Shown piece by piece: positions 42,540 to 55,289 of a stretch of 64,000 nucleotides of DNA. The stretch covers positions 64,001-128,000 of the forward strand of contig CAVQUB010000018.1 in the NCBI GenBank assembly GCA_963716725.1, read 5' to 3'. A model generated the notes under the pieces. It was not told where the DNA came from. It saw nothing but the letters and a program-made list of their open reading frames with translations, and made no database searches. Position numbers and translations under genes: made by a program. Origin of the DNA: an uncultured delta proteobacterium (GTDB lineage Bacteria; Myxococcota_A; Polyangia; Polyangiales; Polyangiaceae). Numbering within the stretch: the stretch's first letter is position 1; the number at the start of each line of letters is the position of its first letter.

Positions 42540-44471
42540 TCAGACGCCTTCGTCCAATCGGCGCATGCCTTCGAGCAGCAGCGCCTCTGGGCTCTCGGGG
42601 ATCATGCGTTGCGGCGCCTCGAAGCCCGGATCGAAGACGAAGGAACCCTCCCGCAGCTGCAACATCGCGTACACGGCCTCGGAGCCGCGCGCCCCGGCGA
42701 AGAGCGCGTTGTAGATATTCCCGCTGACGAAGTGGAGTTCGCCCGCATCCGTCGCGGTGCGAAGCTTGAGCGCGCCGGTCTTGCGACCCTGCCACAAGAC
42801 CTGCACCAGCTCGGGCAGACCCATCTCGACCAGCGACCCCGACACACCGCCGGCCCCGGCGGTGTCCGATCGCGCCAAGATGGTCTTGATCTTGGCAACC
42901 AAGAGATCCGGGCTCACGGGCTTGGTCAGGTAGTCCGTGGCGCCAGCTTCGAAAGCCATTTGCGCGTCGGCCCCGGAGGTGCGCGCCGTGAGGAAGACCC
43001 ACGGCAGCTTCATGCCCCACTGCCGGCGACGCGCCCAACCGAGCAACGTGACGCCGTCCATCGGCAAGAGGTCCATCTCTGCGATCACGATCTGGATATC
43101 GCCGCACTCGAGGAGCTGCATGGCCTGATCGGTGTTGCGGGCCGGCCGCACGTCGAACCCCTGCTCGAGCATGCGGAGCTCGAGCACCGTCGTCTCTTCG
43201 GGATCCGGGTCGACGATCAAGGCCACGTGACGCGTCGCCAGCAGCCGAGCCCGCAGATCGTCGCCGGTGATGATCAGGCGGAAGAGGTCCACGATGTTCG
43301 GATCGAAGACGCTGCCTCGGTACCTCGCCAGTACGTCACAGGCCGCCGCGGGATCGAGCAGCTCTCGGAACGGGTTCTTGGGGTTCTGTGTCAGATCCGC
43401 ATAGGTGTCGGCGACGGCGAGCAGGCGCGCGATCAGTGGGATCTCTTTGCCGTGGAGCGCCCCCGGCAGCCCGTCACCGTCGTAGCGCTCGTACATGGTC
43501 TCGACGGCGGTGGTCACTTCCCGCGGCAGCCGCACGGCCTCCATCAGACTCGACGGAGCGCGAAACAGCTTGGCAGCCACCGCCCGGTGTTGATCGTACT
43601 GCGCCACGTTGAACGCAGTGAGGTGATAGTCGGTGACTTTGCCGAGATCGTGCAGGTAGCCCACGATCGACGCGCTGGTGCGCTCGGCGTCGGGCAGCCC
43701 AATGCGCTCGGTGATCCGGCGCATGAGCCTGGCCACGTAAGCCGAGTGTCCCCGCATGTCGGGACGCGTGCTCTCGATGAGGGAGGTCAGGACGTTGAGG
43801 GTCTCGAGGTAGGAGCTGGTCGACACGGACTCCGCGCCGACGCCGCGGGTCCCGCCGGTCAAATCGTGTCCGGACAGAATGCGTTCCCGCCCGGGGCGCT
43901 CGGCGGACAGGGCCGCCGCCAAGGTCTCGGGACTGACCAGGTTCCGCTCGTACACGTCGAGCATGCTGGTGAACAGCGCCTGTGCCTGGCGGTCGAGCAC
44001 GGCGAAGGCGTGGATGTCACCGCCGTAGGCCTTGGCGATGGCGGCCTTCACAGCGCGGGGCCGGCCAACGAAAGCCCGGACCGTCTTCACCCCCGACACG
44101 ATCTGGGTCTCGTGCAGGGCCTCGGCGTTGTCGGGATCGGCCGTGACTACCGAGAGCACACCGGACTGCGCGTCGTAGAGCACGGGAAAGAGCTGGTGTT
44201 GCTCCGCCAGGCGCTTGGGAACCTTCTCCATGGCAAAGCGATCGAGCTCGGCCCTGGACAGTTTATCGGTGGAGACGAAACGCGTGCGGTGCAACCCTGC
44301 CAGGTACTTGAGGAGCGACACCTCGTCGACAGCTCGCAGCTCGAGCAAGCACTCTTCGACTCGCTCCCCCGTCCGCTGCATGTAGGAGATGGACGCCTCC
44401 TGCTGCTCGCGCGTGATTAGGCCGTCGGCCACCATCCGCTCGACGAGTCGCATGCCTGAGGCGGGGTTCAT
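42540..44471 (-). CDS. MshEN/GSPII_E-N + HD-GYP-like + receiver + DUF4388 (PATAN) multidomain signalling protein
   Basis: RLVERMVADGLIT, VPKRLAEQHQLFP, TADP; GHS..HDLGK..YERYDGDGLP; LLPMDG..FLTA..GATDYLTKP; SGSLVEMGLPELVQVL..GRKTG. Confidence 0.8.
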   Translation of the reverse strand: MNPASGMRLVERMVADGLITREQQEASISYMQRTGERVEECLLELRAVDEVSLLKYLAGLHRTRFVSTDKLSRAELDRFAMEKVPKRLAEQHQLFPVLYDAQSGVLSVVTADPDNAEALHETQIVSGVKTVRAFVGRPRAVKAAIAKAYGGDIHAFAVLDRQAQALFTSMLDVYERNLVSPETLAAALSAERPGRERILSGHDLTGGTRGVGAESVSTSSYLETLNVLTSLIESTRPDMRGHSAYVARLMRRITERIGLPDAERTSASIVGYLHDLGKVTDYHLTAFNVAQYDQHRAVAAKLFRAPSSLMEAVRLPREVTTAVETMYERYDGDGLPGALHGKEIPLIARLLAVADTYADLTQNPKNPFRELLDPAAACDVLARYRGSVFDPNIVDLFRLIITGDDLRARLLATRHVALIVDPDPEETTVLELRMLEQGFDVRPARNTDQAMQLLECGDIQIVIAEMDLLPMDGVTLLGWARRRQWGMKLPWVFLTARTSGADAQMAFEAGATDYLTKPVSPDLLVAKIKTILARSDTAGAGGVSGSLVEMGLPELVQVLWQGRKTGALKLRTATDAGELHFVSGNIYNALFAGARGSEAVYAMLQLREGSFVFDPGFEAPQRMIPESPEALLLEGMRRLDEGV

Positions 44472-44615
44472 GGAGCGGGCTCGAGAAGTACGGGGCCCCG
44501 GGAGTATAGCGGACCGAGGCCTCCCCGGGGCGTCGAGCCGGCGGCAGTCATCCCGACAAAATGCCGGCAATCCCGCCGGCGCTCATCCCCGGGAAATGCG
44601 AGACCGAGGCCGCGC

Positions 44616-44644
44616 TTGACGGACTAGACCGCCGAAGCTAGAAG
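44616..44644 (+). promoter_or_regulatory. Sigma70-type promoter of rplM-rpsI
   Basis: TTGACG-N17-TAGAAG. Confidence 0.55.
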
Positions 44645-44697
44645 TGCCGCCCCTTTCTAGGCGGGCCTCCCGCTCGCCATCACAGGAACTTTCGGTC

Positions 44698-45144
44698 ATG
44701 CGCCAGACGAAGCTCACGTATTCGGCAAAAACTGCCGAAGCGCAAGCCACCCGCCGGTGGTGGGTCATCGACGCCAAAGGACAGCCCCTCGGACGCCTTG
44801 CGAGCCGAGTTGCGACGCTGCTCGCTGGCAAGCACAAGCCGACGTACACGCGGCACATCGACACCGGGGACTTCGTCATCGTCGTCAACGCGAACGATGT
44901 AAAGCTCACCGGGTCCAAGAGCACCACGAAGCTCTATCACCGCTACAGCGGTCACCCGGGCGGGCTCCGCAGCCGGACCTTCGCTGCCGTCAAAGAGACG
45001 CATCCCGAGCTACCGATCACCAAAGCGGTGAAGGGCATGCTGCCCAAGAACGTGCTCGGCCGCGATATGCTCGCCAAGCTCAAAGTCTACGCGGGTGCCG
45101 AGCACCCCCACGTGGCGCAGAAGCCCGAACCGCTCGCCGTCTGA
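44698..45144 (+). CDS. rplM: 50S ribosomal protein L13
   Basis: [49 protein letters not shown]. Confidence 0.98.
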   Translation: MRQTKLTYSAKTAEAQATRRWWVIDAKGQPLGRLASRVATLLAGKHKPTYTRHIDTGDFVIVVNANDVKLTGSKSTTKLYHRYSGHPGGLRSRTFAAVKETHPELPITKAVKGMLPKNVLGRDMLAKLKVYAGAEHPHVAQKPEPLAV

Positions 45145-45157
45145 CAGAGATCCGATC

Positions 45158-45553
45158 ATGGCCGAAACGACTTCCATCTACGCCACTGGCAAACGCAAAA
45201 CCGCAGTCGCACGCGTCTGGGTCAAGGCGGGCACTGGGCAGATCAGCATCAACGGCGGCTCGGCCGACCTCTACTTCGAGCGTGAGACCAGCCGCATGAT
45301 CATGCGGCAGAGCCTCGAGCTCTTGGAGCTCACGGACAAGTACGACGTCGATGCGACCGTTGCGGGCGGCGGGCACAGCGCCCAGGCCGAGGCCATGCGC
45401 CACGGCATCGCACGCGCCCTCACTTCGGAAGATCCAGAGCGTCGCAAGTCGCTCAAGCGCGCCGGCTTCTTGACCCGCGACTCCCGTAAGAAGGAGCGCA
45501 AGAAGTACGGCCAGGCCGGCGCCCGCAAGCGCTTCCAGTACAGCAAGCGTTGA
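45158..45553 (+). CDS. rpsI: 30S ribosomal protein S9
   Basis: [40 protein letters not shown]. Confidence 0.98.
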   Translation: MAETTSIYATGKRKTAVARVWVKAGTGQISINGGSADLYFERETSRMIMRQSLELLELTDKYDVDATVAGGGHSAQAEAMRHGIARALTSEDPERRKSLKRAGFLTRDSRKKERKKYGQAGARKRFQYSKR

Positions 45554-46611
45554 GCGCAGTTCGGGTCGCCATCATCGGCGCCAGCGGGTACACCGGCGCC
45601 GAGCTCTTGCGCCTCGTGCTCGGCCACCCAAAGCTCGAGCTTGGCTACGCGGGCGCGCGCGAAAAGGCCGGCCAGCGCCTGGGCGACGTGCTGCCCGGGA
45701 CGGAGGGCATCGCCGGCCTCGGCGAGCGTCGGCTCGAGGCCTTCGAACCCGGCGGAGCACAGGCGCTGGCGGAGCGGGTGGACGTGGCGTTCTCCGCGCT
45801 GCCTCATGCGGCGAGCGCCCGGGTCTGCCAGGCGCTCCTCGACGCCGGCATCCGCGTCGTCGATCTGTCTGCTGACTTTCGCCTGTCCAGCGCCGACGTC
45901 TACGAAAAGTGGTACGGCGAGCACCCCGCCAAGGAGCTGATCTCGCGTGCCGTGTATGGCTTGCCGGAGCTGCACCGGGACGAGCTCCGCGGTGCGCGGT
46001 TGATCGCCGCTCCGGGCTGCTATCCGACCAGCAGCATCTTGCCCTTGGCGCCGCTGCTCTCCAGCGATCTGATCGAGCACGACGGACTCGTCATCGACAG
46101 CAAGAGCGGCGTCAGCGGAGCAGGCCGCAGCGCCGCGGCCAACACTCACTTTCCCGAGACCTCCGAGGGCATGCGACCCTACAAGGTCGCGGGCACCCAC
46201 CGCCACGTCCCCGAGATCGAGCAAGAGCTGTCACGCGTCGCGGGGGCATCGATCCAAGTCGTCTTCACGCCACACCTGGCGCCCTTCTCCCGCGGCATCT
46301 TGACCACCGCGTACGCAAGAGCCAAGGCGGGGGTTACCGTCGAGCGCTGCCGCGAAGCGGCGGAGAGCCTGTACCGCGACGGGCTGGTGACGGTGCTGCC
46401 CGCCGGACGATTGCCCGACACGCTCTGGGTGCGTGGGTCGGCGCGGGCGCATGTGGCCTACGCGCTGGACGAGCGCTCGAACATGGTCGTGGCCATGTGC
46501 GCCATCGACAACCTGGCGAAGGGCGCCTCCGCGCAAGCCATCCAAGCCCTCAATGTTTGCCTGGGTCACCCGGATGCGCTGGGTCTTCCAATGCTGGGAG
46601 CGTTCCCGTAG
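45550..46611 (+). CDS. argC: N-acetyl-gamma-glutamyl-phosphate reductase
   Basis: [47 protein letters not shown]. Confidence 0.96.
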   Translation: MSAVRVAIIGASGYTGAELLRLVLGHPKLELGYAGAREKAGQRLGDVLPGTEGIAGLGERRLEAFEPGGAQALAERVDVAFSALPHAASARVCQALLDAGIRVVDLSADFRLSSADVYEKWYGEHPAKELISRAVYGLPELHRDELRGARLIAAPGCYPTSSILPLAPLLSSDLIEHDGLVIDSKSGVSGAGRSAAANTHFPETSEGMRPYKVAGTHRHVPEIEQELSRVAGASIQVVFTPHLAPFSRGILTTAYARAKAGVTVERCREAAESLYRDGLVTVLPAGRLPDTLWVRGSARAHVAYALDERSNMVVAMCAIDNLAKGASAQAIQALNVCLGHPDALGLPMLGAFP

Positions 46612-47245
46612 GCGGCGACCCGACGCTGACCGGAACTGCCACGTCGTTCACGAACACGGTCATCGCCACGGCGCCGCCGGCGTCACGGAAGCGAGCGCGG
46701 CCGGCAACGTCGGTGGTCGCCTCTAGGGTCTGCGCTCCAATCCGCACGGCCAAGCGTGCGGCGCCTACCGGTCGATCCCCGCAGGGTGCGAACTCGCCGC
46801 CAGGGTCGACTTGCAGGCGCCTCGGAAGCTCGCGTCGGTCTTCGCCCTCGAACACCATCGGGATGACGACGACGGCCGCCGCCGCGCCCAGCAGCAAGCC
46901 GCCGAGGGTGTCCGAGCCCTCCCCGGCCAGCAGCAGCGTGCCACCGGCAACTGCGGCCCCGGCCCCGATGAAGCGAGCGGGCGCCGGGCGACGCTCGAGG
47001 ATTTCGGTCTCCGCGACGGACCGGGTACGTCGCACGAGGCAGAGCGCCGCGGCGCGGACGCGGATTTCGAGCAAGTCCGTCCGCGGCACGACCAAGGCGT
47101 AGATCCGCTCCGAGCCCCCAAGCGGGGCGCTGCGCGCGTCGCCTGCGGGGCCAGGCGCGCTCTCTATGCGTCGCTCGTGCACCATGCAGCCGCCCCAGAG
47201 GGCGACCGACAGCAGCAGCGAAGCTCGAACCAGCCCGCGCTTCAC
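46550..47245 (-). CDS. Hypothetical lipoprotein with hydrophobic hairpin (paralog of 47242-47940)
   Basis: GTG start overlapping the upstream stop; lipobox-like WGGC; two hydrophobic helices flanked by Cys. Confidence 0.55.
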   Translation of the reverse strand: MKRGLVRASLLLSVALWGGCMVHERRIESAPGPAGDARSAPLGGSERIYALVVPRTDLLEIRVRAAALCLVRRTRSVAETEILERRPAPARFIGAGAAVAGGTLLLAGEGSDTLGGLLLGAAAAVVVIPMVFEGEDRRELPRRLQVDPGGEFAPCGDRPVGAARLAVRIGAQTLEATTDVAGRARFRDAGGAVAMTVFVNDVAVPVSVGSPPTGTLPALEDPAHPGDPGKH

Positions 47246-47940
47246 TGCGGCCTCACGATGACGAGCCGTTGGACCAGCGCGCCGTCGACCTTCACGTCGA
47301 AGTCGACTTGATCGTCGACCCAAATGTCGTCGGGCAGGCGCACCCCCCCGCGACCCATGCCGTCGAGCAGCGTCACGAACCGACGCCCCGCCGGGGTGAT
47401 CAACTCCGCTCGCGTTGGGCGTGTTCCACGGCGCTCACAGGGCACGACTCGCGGCGCGGCTTCGGGGACCAGTCGCGTGCTCTCGACCTCGGTGTCGGAG
47501 TACCTGCTGGCATCCACGCCCAGCGCAACCCCCGAACCCATACCGACGGCGAGCGCGGTGACACCGACCACGTCGCCGCCGTCGAGGTCGCCGTCGGCCG
47601 AACTGCCACGCCGCAGACCGATCCCGACGGCGAGCCCGATAGCCATCAGCGAGGCTTCCGCGGCCAACGCCGCAGCGCTGGGGGTGCGCCGCACTCGCTC
47701 GCGGGTCCTGATGCGTTCGGCAAACTGCACCAAGCAGCGCGACTCGGCCCGCACCAAAAGCGCGAGCCCGCCGTCCGAGAGCGTGGCCTTCACGCGGGCG
47801 TGAGAAAGCTCAGGGCGCGGAGTCTCGGTGAGGCGCACGCTCTCGTCGTCGAGTACCTGGCGGACCCGAACCTCCTCGACGTGCGCACACGCGGCCGTGA
47901 AAGAGAGGACGAGCGGTACGACCCGGGCGAGCCAACCCAC
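47242..47940 (-). CDS. Hypothetical lipoprotein with hydrophobic hairpin
   Basis: Lipobox TAAC; two hydrophobic helices; Cys pair. Confidence 0.55.
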   Translation of the reverse strand: MGWLARVVPLVLSFTAACAHVEEVRVRQVLDDESVRLTETPRPELSHARVKATLSDGGLALLVRAESRCLVQFAERIRTRERVRRTPSAAALAAEASLMAIGLAVGIGLRRGSSADGDLDGGDVVGVTALAVGMGSGVALGVDASRYSDTEVESTRLVPEAAPRVVPCERRGTRPTRAELITPAGRRFVTLLDGMGRGGVRLPDDIWVDDQVDFDVKVDGALVQRLVIVRPQ

Positions 47941-48091
47941 GCCGGAATGGTATCATGTCCCCATCCGACCCGACGGGCGCTTCCAAGGGCTCGGCGCCAG
48001 GAGTCCGCGTTCGTCGGCCAAGCCCTCCGTCTCCAGCGTGGGCGTCCTGCCCAGGTTGCCCGTCGGATCGTGCCGAGTTCGCCGTCGCGCC

Positions 48092-48463
48092 CTAGGAGCA
48101 GCCGAGCGCGGCCATCACCTTGCCCTGCTCGTCCGCGGTACACTCCTCGAATCCTTCGACGGAGGGCCAGCCGCCATGGGTGACCCGGAAGAGCCGGCCG
48201 TCCGCATCGCGCTTCGCACAACCGGCGTCGTTCGCGTACGGCGGCTTGGGCTGCCGGCAGCTTGCGATCTGGGGTTCGAGACAGCCGGCCGCCGTCAGCG
48301 CCGGCAGCTCATGAGGCTGACACGCACTGGGACAGACTGTGCCAGCTCCGGGACAATTCGACGGTTCGTCCGCCCCGTCGTCTTCCGCCCCACACGAGAA
48401 GCTCAGGGCCGCCGCGGGGAGAAGTACCAAAGCGCAGCGTTCGATCCAAATGCGGTGTGCCAT
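48092..48463 (-). CDS. Small Cys-rich lipoprotein
   Basis: Lipobox-like LSFSC; 8 further Cys in about 100 aa. Confidence 0.6.
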   Translation of the reverse strand: MAHRIWIERCALVLLPAAALSFSCGAEDDGADEPSNCPGAGTVCPSACQPHELPALTAAGCLEPQIASCRQPKPPYANDAGCAKRDADGRLFRVTHGGWPSVEGFEECTADEQGKVMAALGCS

Positions 48464-48476
48464 GAGCGCTGGGCGA

Positions 48477-48493
48477 AGCAAGCCCCATGCCCG
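48477..48493 (-). promoter_or_regulatory. Sigma54 promoter candidate
   Basis: Minus strand reads CGGGCAT-GGGGC-TTGCT (GG-N10-GC, canonical TTGCT). Confidence 0.6.
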
Positions 48494-48525
48494 CACCAGC
48501 GCCGGTCAGGGACTTCGACGCTTCG

Positions 48526-49368
48526 TCAGGGGCAGCGCGCGCCGCCCTGATGCACCGTGATCTTCGACAACCCGAGCTTCGAGTTCAGATCCACGTAGTG
48601 CTTCTTCAAGGCGACGAACCAGTCGATGTGCTTGCCGATGATGGCTCCCCCCGTGTCGTCGGCGCTGAAGCAACCGTCGTGAAGGAAGCTGCCCCACGGC
48701 GTGTCGCCCGGAACCATCACGCCGTCGAGCTCGGGCACGTAGACCTTGCTGCCGTAGGGGATCACTGCTTTGTCCACGGCGAACGATCGGAACGGGACCA
48801 ACGCCTTGTTCTGGACGCCGTAGCCCCAGGGATGCTGCGCATCGGCCACCAGGTAGCAGGGCGACGTGGGACAGCTACAGCTGCCCGAGTAGTTGAGGAT
48901 GGTGCCGTCCGTGAGTCGACCCGTTCCCTCGAGCTTCAACGATGCCGCGAACTTCGCCGTCACGGTCGCGAGGAGCTTGCAGCTCTTGTCGTAGAGCTTG
49001 GTGTCCTTGGTGCCGGTGTACTCTTCCTCCGTCGTGACCCAGTAGTACGTGAGCTGAAACGAGCCGAGCGTCGGGCCCGGTGGAGGAAGCGCCGCGTCCG
49101 ATCCGGCATCCGCCGGCGCGCCTCCGCTGCCACCGGTGCCGCCGGCGGGGCTGCCGCCCGAGGGGCTGCCGCCACTGCCGCTCGTGCCGCCGGAGGGACT
49201 GCCAGCGCCGCCGCCGGTACCCGCGCTGCCACCCGTTGCGCTGCCCGCCGCTCCGCCGCTGGCGCCGGAACCCGCAGCGCCCGCCTGGCCGCCGCTGCCC
49301 GACGCCGTGCCGTCATCCGACCCACAAGCAGCGACGGCGAGCATGAGCAGCGCGGCGATCCGGATCAT
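48526..49368 (-). CDS. 3D-domain (MltA-like) lipoprotein
   Basis: Lipobox VAAC, Gly/Ser linker, AVDKAVIPYGSKVYV, ADDTGGAIIGKHIDWF. Confidence 0.85.
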   Translation of the reverse strand: MIRIAALLMLAVAACGSDDGTASGSGGQAGAAGSGASGGAAGSATGGSAGTGGGAGSPSGGTSGSGGSPSGGSPAGGTGGSGGAPADAGSDAALPPPGPTLGSFQLTYYWVTTEEEYTGTKDTKLYDKSCKLLATVTAKFAASLKLEGTGRLTDGTILNYSGSCSCPTSPCYLVADAQHPWGYGVQNKALVPFRSFAVDKAVIPYGSKVYVPELDGVMVPGDTPWGSFLHDGCFSADDTGGAIIGKHIDWFVALKKHYVDLNSKLGLSKITVHQGGARCP

Positions 49369-49448
49369 GATGGTCACCGACCGCAAGATATCTCATTTCG
49401 AAGTTGGTTGACGTGACGTAGGCACGCGCGCTCTCTTGACCGCTCTCG

Positions 49449-50285
49449 ATGACCAGATCTTCGGCGCTCGCTGGGCTGCTCCTTGCCTTCGGTGCCTCGA
49501 CAGCGCTCGCCCAAGGGGCCCCGCCCGCCAGCCCGCCTGGGCCTTCGAGCGCGGCTCCGCAACCTGCGGCTGAGCCGACGAACGCGCCGGCGCCGCCAGC
49601 ACCACCGCCAGGTCAGTACGCTCCTTCCGGCCCCCATCCACCGCCGGGCTACTACCCTCCTCCCGCCTACTACGCGCCGCCTCCACCGCCTCCTCTGCCA
49701 CCCGCCGGCTCTCCGAGCCGCGGCGCCCACGAACACGACGGCTTCTTCCTCCGGATGGGCCTGGGCTTCGCGTCGATGGTGACCAAGACCGAGTCCACTC
49801 TGGGCCAGGCGGAGACCGGCGGAGAGCTGAGCGGCACCGGGGGCACGATCGAGCTGCTCCTGGGCGGCACGCCGGTTCGTGGCTTCGTCATCGGAGGCGG
49901 CCTCGTCGGCCACACATTTCTCGAACCGAGCTACGAAGCCGGCGGAAGAGAGACACGTCTGGCGGACACCGAGCTCGGACTCACCTTTCTGGCGCTCTTC
50001 ACCCAGCTGTACTTCGACGCCGAGGGCGGTGCCTACGTCCAGGCGCTGCTCGGCGCGGCTCAGGAGAGCTACCGCTATCAACTCTCGGGCGACGAACGCG
50101 AGTCCGAACTCTCTGGCTTCGGGCTCGGTCTCGGCGCCGGCTACGATTTTTGGGTCGGCAACCAATGGAGCCTCGGCCCGGAGCTGCGCGTGAGCTTCGC
50201 CACCGTGAAGCACGACGACGAAGGCCGGGTGACTCGGCACAAGACCGCGGCCCTTGCGCTGTCGCTGACGGCCACGCTCCATTGA
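49449..50285 (+). CDS. Small outer-membrane beta-barrel protein with Pro-rich N-terminus
   Basis: Signal peptide, PPPGYY linker, HDGFFLRMGLG followed by about 8 amphipathic strands. Confidence 0.7.
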   Translation: MTRSSALAGLLLAFGASTALAQGAPPASPPGPSSAAPQPAAEPTNAPAPPAPPPGQYAPSGPHPPPGYYPPPAYYAPPPPPPLPPAGSPSRGAHEHDGFFLRMGLGFASMVTKTESTLGQAETGGELSGTGGTIELLLGGTPVRGFVIGGGLVGHTFLEPSYEAGGRETRLADTELGLTFLALFTQLYFDAEGGAYVQALLGAAQESYRYQLSGDERESELSGFGLGLGAGYDFWVGNQWSLGPELRVSFATVKHDDEGRVTRHKTAALALSLTATLH

Positions 50286-50339
50286 CGAAACTCCGAGGTT
50301 GAAATGCCTGGAGAGCCGCCAGATGATGCGGGGCTCTCC

Positions 50340-52503
<2,164 letters not shown>

Positions 52504-52537
52504 GGAGCGCGAGCATCGGCGCGCGGACGCCCAGAGC

Positions 52538-52981
52538 TCAGGGTGCCTGACAGAAGGTGTTGATCTGATTCACCAGGTCGTCCTCCTGCTTCACGATCGT
52601 GTCGAACTCCTTTTGGGCCGAGTCGGCTTGGTCGGGGTTCTTGGTCTCGATGGCGGTGGCGACCTGCCGAGCGGTGGAGGCGGCTTTGGTGCACATCTCC
52701 TTGTAGTTCGCGGCGTGAGCCTTCAACTCCGGGGTGGTGACCTCGAGGGCGGTCACGTCTTTCGCGAGCTGATCGTAGAGCTCTCCCAACTTCTTCATCG
52801 AGGCGATCACCTGGGCGTCGTCGGAGCCCTTCGAGCCGGAGTGCTGCTCTATCTCCTTGATGGCGGTGTTCACCTTGTCGATGAAGGCGTTGCACTCCTT
52901 CGTCTTCTTGAACTTGCCACAGCCCGGCAACACGAGTGCTGCCGAAATGGCGAATGCGGCGAGGACGAAACGCTTGCGCAT
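52538..52981 (-). CDS. Helical lipoprotein
   Basis: AAGGAG RBS; lipobox LPGC; helical with Cys pairs. Confidence 0.75.
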   Translation of the reverse strand: MRKRFVLAAFAISAALVLPGCGKFKKTKECNAFIDKVNTAIKEIEQHSGSKGSDDAQVIASMKKLGELYDQLAKDVTALEVTTPELKAHAANYKEMCTKAASTARQVATAIETKNPDQADSAQKEFDTIVKQEDDLVNQINTFCQAP

Positions 52982-53208
52982 GGGCTCTCCTTCGAAGCCT
53001 CCCTCATACCTTGGGGGTCGGCGCCCGGGCTAGGGCCGTTTTTCCGGGCGGCCGATTTTCCTGCGGCCTGTTGCCATCAGGAGCTGTCGAAAGTTCGGTC
53101 CCTCTCTCACTTTGTCATCGGGGAGGCACGCGCCTCCCCGCCCCAACGAAGTGAAATTCGTTCGGGCCCCACTCCAACGCGGGCCAGTTGCCGCCAGCCA
53201 TCAGCTCT

Positions 53209-54291
53209 TCAGAGCAGCTCCGTCGCCCCGCGCTTCTGGAGCGCTTCGACGACTTTTCGCACGTCTTGGGCCTGCTCGCGCGGCAGCACCAGGAGCGCGT
53301 CGTCCGTCTCGATGACGCAGAGGCCCTCGACCCCCACCAGCGCGACGACGCGCTTGCGGCCGTCCGTTCGCAGATCACGCACCAAGTTGCCGGTCGCTTC
53401 CACCAACACCGCCTCGGGAGGCGCGGCGTTGTCTTGCTCGTCCTTGTCAGCGAGCTCCCACGCCGTTTGCCAGCTGCCCAAATCGTTCCAGCCGAAACTC
53501 GCCACGACCACCGCGAGCTCCTCGGCCTTTTCCATCACCGCGTAGTCGATGCTGACCGAAGGAAAGGCCTCGAACGCCTCCGCCGTGGCGGCGCCGCGCT
53601 CGGCGACAGAGAGCTTCGCGATTTGATCGAGGGCGGTGGCGACCTCGGGCAAATGGCGGCGCACGGCTTCAGCCATCACGTCGGCACGAAAGAAGAACAT
53701 GCCGCTGTTCCAGAAATGGCGACCACTCACCAGGTATTGCTCGGCAAGCGCTCGGTCGGGTTTCTCCACGAAGCGGTCGACGGCTCGCACGCCGGTGCCT
53801 CGCTCGCTGCCAGCCTCGATGTAGCCGTAGCCAGTCTCGGCTCGCGTCGGCTCGATGCCAATGGTGGTGATCAGGCCGCTCACCGCCGTTTCGACCGCCG
53901 CGCTCAACGCGCGGCGGAACGACTCGGCGTCCCCGACGTGTTGGTCGCTGGGCAGGACCATGATCACCGCTTGGGGATCCCGCGACAGCACCTCCCACGT
54001 GGCCCACGCGATACAAGGCGCCGTGTTGCGCGCGACGGGCTCACCGAGGAACGAGCTGTCGGGCAACCACGGCAGGAGCCCGCGCGTGGCGCCGAGCAGA
54101 TGCGCGCCGGTGGCGATCAGCGTGCGCTCGGCCGGGCACAGCGCCTCGATACGCCGCACCGTGGCCGCGATCAGGCAGTCCGGCTCTGGACCGATGGCAA
54201 GCAGCTGCTTGGGCGAGGCCTTGCGCGACGCAGGCCAGAATCGTGTCCCGCTGCCGCCGGCTAGAACCACGCTGAAGAGATGAGGGATCAT
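53209..54291 (-). CDS. Mannose-1-phosphate guanylyltransferase
   Basis: [66 protein letters not shown]. Confidence 0.93.
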   Translation of the reverse strand: MIPHLFSVVLAGGSGTRFWPASRKASPKQLLAIGPEPDCLIAATVRRIEALCPAERTLIATGAHLLGATRGLLPWLPDSSFLGEPVARNTAPCIAWATWEVLSRDPQAVIMVLPSDQHVGDAESFRRALSAAVETAVSGLITTIGIEPTRAETGYGYIEAGSERGTGVRAVDRFVEKPDRALAEQYLVSGRHFWNSGMFFFRADVMAEAVRRHLPEVATALDQIAKLSVAERGAATAEAFEAFPSVSIDYAVMEKAEELAVVVASFGWNDLGSWQTAWELADKDEQDNAAPPEAVLVEATGNLVRDLRTDGRKRVVALVGVEGLCVIETDDALLVLPREQAQDVRKVVEALQKRGATELL

Positions 54292-55169
54292 GGCGCAGCT
54301 CGACTATCACGGTTGGGCAGGGTCGCCGATTCGGAGCTGGGGGGCGCCGTCGGCTGAGCCTGCGGGGCTGGCCCGAGGGCGACCATGCTGACGATGCCGA
54401 GGGGCGCCACCCAAGCGGCGAACCAAGCAAAGTGGCCGCGCATCACGATGCGGCGGAGCAGGAGCAGCGCCACCACACCGACCACGAAGGCCACGGACGC
54501 GCCGATGGCCGCGGGCAAGATCGCCTCGGGGGTCTTGCCGAGGTGACGCGCCTCGAGCGCGATGGCGCCGGCCACCGCGGGCAGCGACATCAACATCGAG
54601 AGCTCGAAGGCGCGATCGGGGCGCACCTTGAGCCACAGCGCAGCCGCAATGGTCGATCCGCTGCGCGACAGACCGGGGAGCACGGCGAGCCCTTGGCACA
54701 AGCCGATCAAGATGGCTCCGACCACGCTCGGCACCTCCCGCTGGCCGACCCGCACGAAGCGCGTGGAGAAGACCACCGCCGCAGTTCCGAGGAAGCCGAG
54801 CCCGATCACCATCGGCGAGTGTGTCCAGCGTTCCACCGCGTCGCGCAGGACCAGCCCGATCACCGCGGTCGGCAACGAGGCGCAGATGACCACGAGCGCG
54901 TCACGCCCCCCGGAGCTCGACGAGAATCGCGACGGCTTCACCAGCGCCTTGGTCCCATCGACGACCGCCGGCGCCACGCGACCCCGCAGCACGAGCAAGG
55001 TGGCGAGGAGGGTGCCAGCATGCAACATCACGCTGAACGTGAGCCCGCCCTCCTCGATGCCGAGCAGGAGCTGAGCCAACGCCAGGTGCCCGTCGCTGGA
55101 AATGGGCAGAAACTCGGTGATGCCTTGGATCACACCGAGCACGATCGAACTGGACACCGGTGCGCCCAT
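54288..55169 (-). CDS. uppP: Undecaprenyl-diphosphate phosphatase
   Basis: GVIQGITEFLPISSDGH, HAGTL, QGLAVLPGLSRSGSTI. Confidence 0.93.
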   Translation of the reverse strand: MGAPVSSSIVLGVIQGITEFLPISSDGHLALAQLLLGIEEGGLTFSVMLHAGTLLATLLVLRGRVAPAVVDGTKALVKPSRFSSSSGGRDALVVICASLPTAVIGLVLRDAVERWTHSPMVIGLGFLGTAAVVFSTRFVRVGQREVPSVVGAILIGLCQGLAVLPGLSRSGSTIAAALWLKVRPDRAFELSMLMSLPAVAGAIALEARHLGKTPEAILPAAIGASVAFVVGVVALLLLRRIVMRGHFAWFAAWVAPLGIVSMVALGPAPQAQPTAPPSSESATLPNRDSRAAP

Positions 55170-55289
55170 GAGCGGTCTTCTACACCTGTTGGCCCGCTCT
55201 CGGCACGGACAATTCGGAGACCGCCGGGCGTCGTGGAATCTGGCGCGCGCTGCGCTATGGTGTGCGCCTTCGAATCCTCGGGTGCTCAT

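Noticed and set aside
55240..55257. Sigma54-like motif upstream of the amidohydrolase (also 49419-49436)
   Set aside because: The first has GG-N10-GC but a poor -12 context in GC-rich DNA; the second lacks the -12 GC.
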